From Marsupella aquatica (lineage: Eukaryota; Plantae; Marchantiophyta), in the NCBI GenBank assembly GCA_973895155.1, contig OZ316898.1, forward strand, positions 20,099,292-20,163,291: a DNA stretch of 64,000 nt, written 5' to 3'. A program made the position numbers and the translations under genes. The notes under the pieces were generated by a model. That model did no database searches. It saw only the letters and a program-made list of their open reading frames with translations, and was not told the DNA's origin. The stretch's first letter is position 1, and the number at the start of each line of letters is the position of its first letter. Shown in pieces: positions 50,601 through 63,200 of this stretch.

Positions 50601-53600
50601 TGTGATAATGGAATGAGAATGAATAGGTGAATAGCCATGAGTGGTGGTACATATAGTCATGTCTGGTGACCGGCTGGTCCTGTCATCCGGCTAGAGGTAG
50701 AGTCTAACACTCCCCTTTGGATATATAGTGACAACTATATAGACAACATAGACTATACCTATTATATCATGTTGATAGAAAATACATGATATAAGTACAA
50801 GCGAGGTAGACTGCCTCGTTAAAAAACCTTTATCAACTCTAGCTTAGTAAAAACTCTACTAGTGTAGCAGAAAAAAATATGAGTGCTAAAAGAAAAAGAG
50901 TGCAGCCTAACTGTCCTCGTCGTAATAAATGTCAATATTAAGTAAAGTTAGATATTATGGTAAATCTAGCTTTAATATCTGTTTCAATAGTAGGTCGTCA
51001 GCATCATGTCAAGCATCATGTGGAGCAGCGGTCTCCACGGTCATCATGCGTCGCACGCTCCGCAGTCCAATCGCCTGGCAGTGTCGGTGATGAACTGATG
51101 GCGATAGTGATTTGGTGAAGAGATCCGCACAGTTGTCTGCACTTGAAATCTGCAAAATGTTGATCTCTTTTCCATGTAATTCGGGGGTGTAGAAAAACTT
51201 TGGAGCTATATGCTTCATGCGATCGCCTTTGATGAATCCTTTTGTGATTTGCTGTATACATGCTGCGTTATCCTCAAAAATGTTAGTAGGCTTCGTTAGT
51301 GGTGGTAGGCCGCATTTGGTGTTGATGTGGTTTATAAACGATCGTAACCAAACGGTTTCACGACTAGCCTCATGTAGAGCTAAGATTTCTGAGTGATTCG
51401 ATGAGGTTGCTGTTAGGGTCTGTTTCACGCTTTTCCAAGAAAAAGCGGTACCCCCTATGGTAAAAACATATCCGGTTTGGGATTTTGCAGTGTCAGTGTC
51501 GGAAAGATATCCGGCATCCGCGTATCCTATGAGTTCGTGGTTTGCACCGAATGGGTAAAATAAACCGGTATCGGTGGTGCCACGCAGATACCTAAATACG
51601 TGCTTAACTCCGTTTCAGTGTCTGGCTGTGGGAGTTGCACTATGTCTGGCTAGTAAGTTAACTGCAAATGCAATGTATGGTCGTGTCTGATTTGCTAGAT
51701 ACATTAATGCTCCTATCGCAGAAAGATACGAAGTTTCTGGTCCTAATAGTGTTTCATGTTCTTTGCGTTTGCGAAAAATATCAGTTTTGTTTTCTAATGA
51801 ACGTACAACCATTGGTGACGTCAATGGGTGTGCTAGGTTCATATTGAACTGTTTTAGGATCTTTTCAGTTTGTGTTGTCTAATGGAGCATCATGCTAGTG
51901 GGTAAGATCTCCAGTTGTAAGCCTAAGCAAAAGTTTGTATGTCCAAGGTCTTTCTCAAATGTTGATTTAAGACTGGTAATAGTATCTTCTATAAGTTGGG
52001 GTGTCCCAAATATATTTAAGTCATCAACATAAATAGAAACGATGACATATTCGTCATCCACATGTTTAATAAATAAACATGGTGTAATGGCATCATGGGA
52101 AAAACCCATGACAATCATTTCATCAGTAAATCTTTGATACCATACTCTGCCACTTTGTTTAAGGGCCATATAATGCCTTCAACACGCAGATAGCTAATCC
52201 GCGGCGAGTATTCCGTACGGTTGACACAGCGGTGTCATTATTATGGGTTACATGTGTAGATGACACATGAGGTGTAACTTGAGATAATTGTGTTATAATC
52301 TTATGTAAATATGGAATATGCGATTTAGCGCCTTGAGCTAAAGCTCGGCGTCGTTGCTCCAACTCGGGAGGTGATCGCATGTATAGACAAGTGTCTAAAG
52401 TTCCATATAGGTATGCCATTGCAACATCCAGTTGTCGCATTTGTAGTTTATGGAAAATGGCAAATCCGATAAGGTATCAAGATGTTGTGCTATCCAAAAT
52501 CGGTGAGTAAGTTTCATCGTAATGAATTCCCGGTTGTTGTGTAAATCCTTTCCCTACCAGACGTGCTTTATAGCGTACAATTTGGCCTTTATCATTTCTT
52601 TTGCGGACAAATGTCCACTTGTAGCCAATTAGGTATACGTCTTGCGGTGTTGGCTTGACTGGGCCAAAAGTGTGTCTGCTGAGTAGGAAATCTAATTCTC
52701 CATTTATAGCTTTTTGCCATTCAGGCCAATCTGGTCTGTTTTGGCATTCTAAGATGGATATTGGTTCGGGTATATCTTCAGTGATATGTGTTGCCACCAT
52801 TAATGTAAAAGCATCATCTATTGAAGTAGTATTTCTATCCCACATCGTACCGGTGTATGCGTAGTGGATAGAAATCTCTTCATGAGTTGTGGATTCGGTA
52901 TGATCGACATTAGGTGAAGGTGGTATAGATGAACCACGCCTTCTTGGTTGTTTATCCTTTGATCCCAAGGGTCTGCCACGTTTGGTACGAGGCTGGGATG
53001 TATTTGCTGGCTCACTTGATAATTCGATGCGAGCAGATGCTCTCGCAGCTGGAATATGTGAGCGGCTAACTTGTGATGTATCGACGAAAGCGTCAGGAAG
53101 TTCTTCCACAATCTTGTGGAGTTGTAAAATTCTTTGAACTTCTTTCTCCCCTTGATTGGTTCGAAGGTCTTGCCAAAATGGCGAATGTCTTTCCCACTCC
53201 AAAGGTGGTTGTGGGTGTTTAGGGGTTATTAATGATGGATAAACGTGTCATCAAAATGGCAATCTAGGAATCTAGATTTAAAAATGTCGCCAGTTGTTGG
53301 CTCCATATATCGGATTATGGATGGAGAGTCGAATCCGATGTATATCCCCAACCGTCGTTGGGGTCCCATCTTGGTTCGTTTGGGTGGAGTAATGGGGACC
53401 ATTACTTGACATCCAAATGAATGAAGGTGGGATAAGTCAGGTTTTATACCATTAGCAATTTGGTATGGGCTATAGGTATTAAAAGCCGATGGGCGGTATT
53501 GAATTAATGCATTAGCCTGTAGTATGGCATGTCCCCATGCTGAGACGGGGAGTTTTGACTGCATTAGTAATGGGCGTGCAGTTAACTGAAGGCGTTTAAT

Positions 53601-56600
53601 GACCGCTTCAGCTAATCCGTTCTGAAAGTGCACGTGGGGTATAGGGTATTGTACGTCAATGCCAAGTGATGTACAAAAGTCGTCAAATGTTTCTGATGTG
53701 AATTCCCCTGCATTGTCCACCTTTAGTGTCTTTATGGGGTGATCTGGGAATTGTGCCTTCACGCGCAGGATTTGCGCCAAGATACGAGGCATAACCATGT
53801 TCCTCGTTGAAAGCAGTGTCACATTTGACCATTTAGTTGATGCGTCGATTAATACCATAAAATAGCGGAAAGGTCCGCTTGGGGGGTTAATTGGCCCGCA
53901 AACATCTGCATGGATGATTTCCAAGAATTGGGTATTTTAGTTGGCAATTTTGATGCCGTGGGCCATGTTATTAATTTGCCGCGTGAGCATGCAGTGCATG
54001 GGGTGCTCGCTGGAATGTGGCGTGTATTGATTGGAATGCCTCTTGAATTCTTAATGATTTTGGTTAGCATTGATTGGCCGGGTGGCCGAGGCGTGCATGC
54101 CAAAGCGCATGCAATTCACTTGTGTTGGCATTGTTATGCAGGCATTCAATATGAGTTACATAAAACCCGCAGGGGTACGAGAAAAATGTTTCTTTAATGA
54201 TTTTCCCCGTAGGGGTATTTTCAACCAAGTGTATCACTTCCTGGTCTCTTGTATCGCCCGTCTGGACATGTAATCCATTTGCTCGTATATCTCTAAAACT
54301 GAGGAGATTACGGGTTGCGTTTGGGGCGAAAATGGCAGATTCTATGTGAATCGCTGTACCCTGTGGTAGTCTAATGGAAGCTGGGCTGAAGCCTTCTTCT
54401 ATTTGGCTAGGGCCATTTATAGTGGTCAGGGATCTACGTGAGGATGGAATCTTGTGGAAAAGGTGCCTATCCCTGAGGATAGTATGTGTGGTCGCACTAT
54501 CGATAATACATGTGCTTGGACTATTTAAATCTGGTGTAGTGGAGCTACTTGCCACTAAGTGTGCCTCGGGTTAGGCGGGTGGGTCTGAAAAGTCTTGGAA
54601 TGGGTCACTAGACTCCATGAACGCCCCGTGGGTTTCACGGGGTGGTGGCCTAGAGGTTTGTCCATCCTGGATGGACCGTTGGTATAGATCTCTAAGGTGT
54701 TGCGGGATTCTACAGTTTCTCGCTAGGTGGTTTGTCATGCCACATTCATGGCATTTCGGTCGTTCCCGTTGTTGTTGGGATTGTGACCAATCGTTTCTAC
54801 GGTTGTTGTTATATGTTCTACCACCGCTGCGTCCTCCGCGTCCGTCACGTCCGCCATGTCTGCCACGTCCTCCTCGTCCTCCTCGTCCTCCACATCCTTC
54901 TCGTCCACCACATCCTCTAAAGGTTCGTTGGGAGTTATATTGTGGACGTTGGTTATAGAAACTCCCCCTGTTGTGGGTGTTTCTCTGGTTGCTATTCTTA
55001 GTGCGTTTAATGCCTTGCCTCGATGTGGAGGGTTCATCATTTTCTATGTTATGGGTTTCATTCTGTTGTCCTGAGGGCATTGTGCCCGCAGGTCATTTTC
55101 TAGAGTTTACGAAAAGAAGTTCTTGGTTTCTTTCGGTGACTAGGAGTTGGGCTATGAGCTCGGAGTATTGCCCGAACTTCATGTTTTGATACTGTGTTGA
55201 TAGCCACACATTCGATGAATGAAATGTCGACAAGGTCTTCTCTAGCAGATCCTTGTCTGTGACCGGCTCGCCACATAGTGCGAGGGTTGATGTTATTCTA
55301 AAGAGTTCGCTATTGTAGGCTGAAATAGAGGTAAAGTCTTGGACTCACAGGTTTAGCCAGTCTTGCCTGGCTTTAGGTAGTTCAACCAATTTTTGGTGGT
55401 CGAATCGGGTTTGGAGCGCTGTCCAAAGTTCACGAGGGGTTGAGAGGTGCATGTATTGTCTTTGTAGGAATCTATGGATATGGCGTCTAAGGAATACAAG
55501 GGCCTTAGATTCGTTGGCTTTAGTTAACGGGTCTGGTTGGGGTTTGCCAGCTAGTATAGGTTGAGCCATCCCTATAGTTGGGAGTAGGGTTAGCGAGGTA
55601 AGGTTCTCTCTGAGGTTCATCGACCATTCCAGGTAGTTGCTATCATCGATGTCTAGGGCTGGAAATGTTAATTTCTCTAGGTTGGTCATTGTGGTGATGG
55701 CTTGATTCCTTTTAATGGTAGTTGAGGCTTATATACTAGTAAGTATAGTAGGAAACGACAAAGCACATTTCTGCGGCATGCAAAGTGGGGTTGGGTGGAG
55801 AGAGCATGCAAATCCGGAATTCAATTTTAGGGTTTGCACTTAGGATTTAGGTTTTCCTTGCTATTTGGTTAACTGCAAATTTTCCTTTGTATTTGCTTTT
55901 TCCTTTGTTAAACTGTGCAGTAATGGAATTGTGCAGTTTGTGCAGTTATGGGTGGTAACATACTCGTGCCTTGGTTAAGTGCACATGCAGCTTTGTAAAG
56001 TAAATTTTTCTTGGTTACAGTGTGCAGTTATGCGGATGTGCGCTTAGGTTTTGCAGTTATGGTTAAGTGCAACTTTTCCTTTGTAACTGGAATCTCTTTG
56101 ACGGAGTTTGTACTTAAGGAGGGTTTTGCGGTTATGGAGCGTGCACTTAGCGGTTTGAGTTTTCTTCGACGTTTTGTCGATGTATCCGGCAGCGATGTTG
56201 TGCTTTCTCCCGAGCTTGGCCTGCTCGTGCGCTTCTGCTGCTATCTTCACGTCCTCCGATTCAAATTCTTCTCTCGCTTTCCTTATGCTGCTTTCAATTT
56301 CGCCTTCTTCTCTTATCTCTTTATATCAGCTGCTTCAATGTCGGGGCTCTCATTCTTATGGTGTCCCTTTTGAATTCCTTCAACGAGTTGTGACAGCATC
56401 GGCTGTCTTCGGCTTCAGGTTTCTACTCGCTCTGGGTTTTGCCTGCTTCTCTGCATAAAAGAAATCTAATCTCAAGTGAATTCTGCGAGCGTTTCTTCTT
56501 CTACGGCCTCAAGACCTCCTGGCGCTCTTCCTGCTAGATCATCTGCACATTTTTCAGGTTTCTGCCGAGCTCGTGCGCCTCGTCATCGTGGTGTCCTTAG

Positions 56601-56979
56601 CCGATCCTGTTCAATTTTGGGGTCTCCTCAATTTTCGAAAGTTCTTATGGCCTCCTCATTGTCTTTTCTTCCCTCTGTCCTTATCTTCTCTTTTGCTATT
56701 CAATTTTCCTCTCAATCTCCTTAGCCCTTGCTCAAGTAAAAATGAGACGTGCATACTCCAGTGCCGATCACGCTGTATCCAATTCGGCATTTAAAACAAA
56801 TTCACAATCTTCCATGGTCTGTTCTCTCCTTTCTTCTTGGCTCCGCTGGTAAGTCCTCATGCTGATAACGTGTGATAATGGAATGAGAATGAATAGGTGA
56901 ATAGCCATGAGTGGTGGTACATATAGTCATGTCTGGTGACCGGCTGGTCCGGTCATCCGGCTAGAGGTAGAGTCTAACA
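50601..56979 (-). mobile_element. Full-length Ty1/copia retrotransposon, Bianca-like, with decayed gag-pol
   Basis: 109-bp LTRs at 50601-50709 and 56871-56979 (1 mismatch). ATTTT TSD at 50596-50600 and 56980-56984. PBS CGTTATCAGCATG at 56858-56870, PPT CCAAAGGGGAG at 50710-50720. Gag MTNLEKLTFPALDI and CHECGMTNHLARNC, PR IIDSATTHTIL, INT IHADVCGP, RT YVDDL, RH FEDNAACI. Confidence 0.96.
56858..56870 (-). promoter_or_regulatory. Primer-binding site complementary to a half tRNA-Ile (anticodon region)
   Basis: CGTTATCAGCATG directly abuts the 5' LTR. Its revcomp CATGCTGATAACG resembles the tRNA-Ile anticodon arm. A half-tRNA-Ile PBS is recalled as typical of Bianca. Confidence 0.7.
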
Positions 56980-58270
56980 ATTTTAAATTTCTTTTGCTTT
57001 TTGCTGCCTTTTTTTTGAGACTCCGGATGGCTAGTGATGGTTGGATATAGAAAAACTAGGGGTCATGTGAGGAGAATTTTTGGGCATGCAAGATTTTTTT
57101 TTAACTGTTTCCTCGCACTCCACAATGACCCCCATTATTGTAAGGATGCAGTTCTCCTGTGTTTATTTTATCTCTATGGTGCACTGTGAGTTGCTTGAAT
57201 TGTTTGGAGTGATGCCAACTTTTGCATTTTGGGTTCCAAGTGCCTAAAAGACCCCCTCACCCAGTATGCATCCCTCGTACACCGCACCCAATTCAATGTA
57301 GTCAGACATGATATCAATTTAGAGCCAAGTAGCCTGATGACCTGTTCCTTGTAAATACAGGTGACAGGAAAATAGAACCCCACATAGAAAGATTCCTTAC
57401 TATTTCCTGTACTTTGTTTTGTTTTGGTTTGTTTTTGAATGAAAGGACAGGAGAAACTTTACTCCAAAAGACAAAACAACAATAACCGTCTAGGAGAAGG
57501 AGGCAGGAGGAAAAAAACAATCAAGGGGGCTGATAGAAGGAGCTCACCCAGGGAAGAGAGAAAAGTCACCCTCAACCAGTCCGCTATATGGTGAATCCAC
57601 CTTTCAGATTTTGTCTCATTCATAGTTGTGTCAAGTATTTTGATTTTAATGTGACTTAACAAGGTGAATCATTTGTATTAATTTGATTTAGAATTAACTT
57701 TTGGACCCCTCTTAATTTTAGTGAACTTAGAATATTCACCTTATAGGCCAAATACATTCAAAATATTCATGAAGGAGTGATTGAAAAAGAAAGATTAAAC
57801 ATTATGAGAGGAATACTTAGTGAATTTATTTTTTTACATAAGAGTGAGAAAAATGAGTTTGAACAATGTGCACATGTGATGTACTAAATTGTATTCATGA
57901 TTTATTTTTCAAAATTTATAGTTTTAATTAAGTTGAATGTCATTAACTAGAAGCAAGTGAAATATGTGCACACCTCTTTAATATCTTTGTACTTTATTTG
58001 TCATAATGTGATTTTAAGTGCATATATATATTTATGGTTTTGTGTGTTATGTATTCATTTTAATTAACAAATATTAATTTCTTGACATAAATTTTACATG
58101 TACATCTATTTTTATCATAAAATAAATGAATTACATATCATTACAAGACCAAAAAAATGAAATGTTCCAAGATGAAATATTAGAAAGAGGCGGATCAGTG
58201 TGGGAAAGAACACCTAGAACCAAAAAAGCTAAAGAGCTATTGTACTTCTTTGCAATTATATTCTTAGAGA

Positions 58271-59250
58271 CTAGCTCAATACCTGTGCGTTGCACAAAAG
58301 ATGGTGTGTCGGCCAAGCTGTGGTTGAGAAAAAAAAATTCATGTCGGCCAAGAGGTTGTAGAGAAAAAAAGATGTTGCATCGGCCAAGAGGTCGTTGAGA
58401 AAAAAGATGTCGTGTCGGCCAAGATATTATTGAGAAAAAAGATGTTGTGTTGGTCAAGAAGTTGTTGAGACAAAGGATGTCGTGTTAGCTAAGAAGTCAT
58501 TGAGAAAAAAATTGTCATTTTGGGCCAAGAAGTTGTTGAGACAAAGGATGTCGTGTAGTCTAAGAAGTCGTTGAGAAAAAAAATGTCGTGTCGGTAAAGA
58601 TGTTGTTGAGGAAAAACACCTGTGCGTTGCACCGGGCGTTGCACAAAAGATGTCATTAAGAAAAAAAATGTTGTGTCACCCAAGATGTTCTTATGTGAAA
58701 GATGTCATGAAATAAAAAGATGTCATTAAGAAAAAAGAAGTCATTTTGCCAAATACGCCATTATGTGAAAGATGTCATTAAAAAAAATGTGTCATTTTGC
58801 CAAAGATATTGTGAAGTAAAAGATGCTATAAGTGTCGTTTCACCCTGGAAGTTGTTGTTATATGAAAGATGTTGTGAACTAAAAATTCAAGGAGGGAAGG
58901 AGCGAGTCGACCAAGAGTCAGGGTTGTTGCGGCTTGATCCCGGGCTCAATGCTATCGTCAAGGCCAACATCCAAGGGGTGGCATGGTGTTTTTGGTCCTA
59001 TTCCTTTGTCTCTGTAATAGTCAAACTATTTTGTTTTGTTTTTTACACACAATGTCCCTGCATTTGAATGACAACCACTCTATAAATTGGTGCCTATTTG
59101 AATGACGACCACTCTATACTGGGCGAGGGGCTGCCCTATATTGCGAGTGTGCCCCTCAACGCCCGTGCCATGCGCTTCACTCTGTCTTTGAGTCTTATTG
59201 CTTTTGTTTTTTGGCATTGAAAATGACAGTGCAAGTGAGTGTAAAAATCA
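58271..59250 (-). mobile_element. Non-autonomous Helitron with a ~36-bp minisatellite; 5' end unresolved
   Basis: Minus-strand 3' end CATCTTTTGTGCAACGCACAGGTATTGAGCTAG|T at 58271, with the same hairpin as the element ending at 37661. GTCGGCCAAGA.GTTGTTGAGAAAAAAAGATGTCGT array at 58300-58615. Second hairpin copy at 58618-58650. Confidence 0.7.
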
Positions 59251-59907
59251 CCACAAATATTGGGAGAAAAGTTTTTAATTGATTAGTGTATGAAATTCCT
59301 CTATTGACTAAAATACTGTTACTAATTAAACTTTTCTTACCAGTATTACACAAAACTAACAAAAATATATTCCATCACAATATTAAAAATATATAATACT
59401 TATTTGCATGTATAATACTTCCTTGCATGTATCATGTAGAGGATCCTCCTTGATCCTAGTGCATTGTTAAAGTTTTGCACTTGTTTTAGTTGGTGTCTAG
59501 TGTGATTATTTGTTGCAACAATGATGCAACTTTTTGTGAGCAACACTAAACTTAAGTCACACTTTGGCTTTATTATTTATCTTTGACAATTTTTGTACCC
59601 TGCATATTTGAATGACGACCACTTCATTTTTTGGCGCAACCTTGTATTTGTTGAGCATAGACGACGATCGCAACGGCAAGCCCATGAACCATCCAACGCA
59701 CAATAGTCGACACAAGAGATACGTGGTTCACCTCCTTGAGGCTACGTCCACGGGAACACACAAGAGAGCTTTACTGAACTCTAAGCCCGTCGGCTATACC
59801 GAGTCTCCACAGTGTAAGCTCTCCCTATCTCTCAAGTGGCTCCATAACAATGAGCCTTGGTTCTACCTCTCCAAGCACACATGCCTCTTATGATATAGTG
59901 TGCAACT

Positions 59908-60069
59908 TAGTTGTACCTAACCACATAGTTGTACCTAACCACATAGTTGTACCTAATCACGTAGTTGTACCTAACCACATAGTTGTACCTAATCACGTAG
60001 TTGTACCTAATCACGTAGTTGTACCTAACCATGTAGTTGTACCTAACCACGTAGTTGTACCTAACCTAG
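59908..60069. repeat. 18-bp tandem repeat, 9 copies, in the LTR U3
   Basis: TAGTTGTACCTAA(C/T)CAC(A/G) consensus repeated 9 times. Confidence 0.97.
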
Positions 60070-60282
60070 ACGTAAGAGTAAATACCCAACAATCTTCCCC
60101 TTGACTCTGGTCTAGGGAAGAGTAATACTGCCAATGTATATGATCCCTCAGCGGGAAGTTCTGGACAAAAACCAAACCGGTTTCCCTCTCTAACTAGAGC
60201 AAACCAGAACTAAGCCGTAGCCTAATACATAGGAATGAGGAAGAGCATATATCAGTAATTACAATGAATATTTAAGAAAACT

Positions 60283-63200
60283 CTACTTGTGATGCAATTG
60301 CAAAACCTGCAATACGTCACGGTGTCTAGAGAAACTCTCCAAAGGAATCACTTTGGTAAATGCGTCAGCCGGGTTGAGTTTACCATCAATCTTGATTAGC
60401 TCAAACAAATTATCAGACACAGCCTGCCTGATAAAATGGTACCTGACGTCAATGTGCTTCACTCTGCTGTCCATCACCTGGTTCACAGCAAGGTGGAGCG
60501 CACTTTGACTATCACAATGGAGCTTCACATTCCCCTGTGGCAATCCCATTTCAGTGATAAGTCTATCCAACCAAATCGCTTCCTTTGCTGCTTCTACAGC
60601 TGCAACATACTCCGCTTCTGTAGTAGACTGAGCAATACACTTCTGCAAAGTAGACCTCCAACTTATGCATCCACCGCCAAGTGTGAACACGTATCCTGTT
60701 GTTGATCTCCTTCGGTCCAAATCTTGTCCATAGTCAGAATCTACATAGCCAATCAATGATCTAGCATTCTTTGCATTCGCATCAAATAAAAGACCATGAT
60801 CCACGGTACCCTTCAAGTACCTGATAATCCACTTCACTGCTTTCCAGTGTACCTTCCCTGGATTCGACATGTACCTGCTCACCTTGCCCATAGCCATGGC
60901 AAGATCAGGTCTAGTGCAAGTCATCAAATACATGAGACTCCCCACTGCCTTGTCATATGGAACCTTTGACATCAACCCCTTCTCTGTGTCATCCGTAGGA
61001 CAGAACGCTGATGATAACTTGAAGTGTGGAGCCAACGGGGTACTTACTGGCTTGCTATTCTCCATGTTGAACCTTGCAATTACCTTCCTCGCATAACTGC
61101 TCTGCGTCAACCATAGCTTGCCAGCCTCCAAGTCCCTAGTGATCTCCATACCCAAAATCCTCTTAGCTGGCCCTAAGTCCTTCATCTTAAACTCTGCACT
61201 AAGCAGTGCCTTGAGCTTAACAATCTCAGACCTATCCTTGGCTGCAATTAGCATGTCATCCACATAAAGTACTAAAATAATGAACCCAAAGACAACATTC
61301 TTCACCGGTTTCAAATACACACAAGGGTCAAATACACTTCTATGAAAACCTTGTGACCGAATCCAATCGTCAAACCGCTTGTTCCACTGTCTTGGTGACT
61401 GCTTCAACCCATACAAGGATTTCAGCAATCTGCAAACCAATTCCTCCTGTCCTCTCTTCACAAAACCTAGCGGTTGTCTCATGAAGATCACCTCTTCCAA
61501 TGTGCCATAGAGGAAAGCTGTGACAACATCCATCTGATCTAGGAGCAGACCAAACATTACAACAAGTACACACAATAGTCGTATTGTAGAGTACTTAGCA
61601 ACTGGTGAGAAGACCTCATTGTAATCCACACCTTTCTCTTGTGTGAATCCCTTTGCTACCAATCTAGCCTTGTAGACCTTCGATCCACCTCCTATGGAAT
61701 TATCCTTCAGCTTGTAAATCCACTTGCTGTCCACCACTTGCTGACCCTTAGGCAGCTTAACAAGCTCCCAAGTTTTGTTGTCCTTTAGTGACTGCATCTC
61801 CGTTTGCATTGCTGCAGTCCACTTCTGCTTCTCTTTTGAAGCACTTGCCTCATGAAATGAAGAAGGTTCTCCTTCTTCCAAAATTAACGCATCACCCTCA
61901 TCATCAGCTGTAAAATCATCCTCTTGCAGTTGAGATGAATCAACCCACTGTCCATACCTTGATGGAGCGCGTACAGTGCGACCAGATGTTCTTCTAGCCG
62001 ATGACTCCGGTTGATCTGCGTGTGCTGGTACAATTTGAAGCTCAACAGCATCCACTTGTTGCTCACCAGCATCAACAAACTCCTCTGGTTCCTCTGGCAT
62101 AGGAACCAGCTCCATAATTGGAGCAACTCCTTCTCTCCGGTCATGCACCTCATAACCAATCTCCCCCTCAACGAGATCCGGGATAGGAGATTTTCCTTTG
62201 TCAGTACGGGAGACCTGAGTATTCTCCCCCTCCTTCAATAATCTGGATTCATTGAAGGAAACATCCCTACTGACAACGAGCTTACAGGCAATAGGATCCC
62301 ATAGCCTATAGGCTTTCACACCACTCTGGTACCCAAGAAAAACACATTTCCTGGAGGTAGGATCCAACTTGGTCCTATTCTGCTTTGGTGTGAGAGCATA
62401 TGCATCACTTCCAAAAATTACCAAGCCATGATAGTCTGCTTGCCGCTTATAGCGCATCTCAAACGGCGTTTTGAAATTGATAGCACTAGAAGGAGAAAGA
62501 TTTACCAAATAAGCTGCGATATTGACAGCTTCTGCCCAAAATTCTTGTGGTAAACCTGATTGGCTCAACATACTCCGTGACCGCTCCAACAGTGTCCGAT
62601 TGAGCCTCTCAGCGACACCATTCTGCTGCGGAGTATAAACTGTGGTGAGATGGCGAGTTATCCCCTGTTCTGAACAGTACTCTTCAAATTCCATTGAAGT
62701 GTACTCCCCGCCGTTGTCTGACCTCAGACTCTTCACCCTTGTATCCAAACACTTGATCGTGTTTCCAGTCTGATTCTCCACCTGGGCCTTCCACTTCTTA
62801 AAAATGGACAAGACATCAGACTTATGCGTCATGAAATAAATCCACACAAATCTTGAGTAATCATCAATAAATGATACATAGTACAACTTTCCAGAGTGTG
62901 AGGGAGTCGGGGATGGACCCCACACGTCACTATGTATGTACTCAAGAACCGCTTTGGAACGATGAGTTCCAACACCAAAAGCACGACGATGCTGCTTTCC
63001 AAGAATGCAATGCTCACAAAACTCTAATTTATAAGATTGCAAATCAGAAATGAGTCTATTCTTCCGTAAGATAGCCAAACCCTTCTCACTCATGTGGCCT
63101 AGCCGTGAATGCCACAGTTGAGTCATCTCCTCGTGAGACTTGGTTACATTGGCCTCTCCACATACAGTATTGCCCTGTAACACATACAAATTCTTTTGTC

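Noticed and set aside
54571-54573. Programmed gag-pol readthrough in the Bianca element
   Set aside because: The TAA is in frame, but the element has many other lesions, so CAA>TAA decay is the simpler explanation.
59908-60069. CRISPR-like array (also considered for 7710-7907 and 16370-16600)
   Set aside because: The units are head-to-tail with no unique spacers, there are no cas genes, and the context is eukaryotic.
59850-60104. VVPNH-repeat protein ORF
   Set aside because: It is a by-product of the 18-bp LTR repeat.
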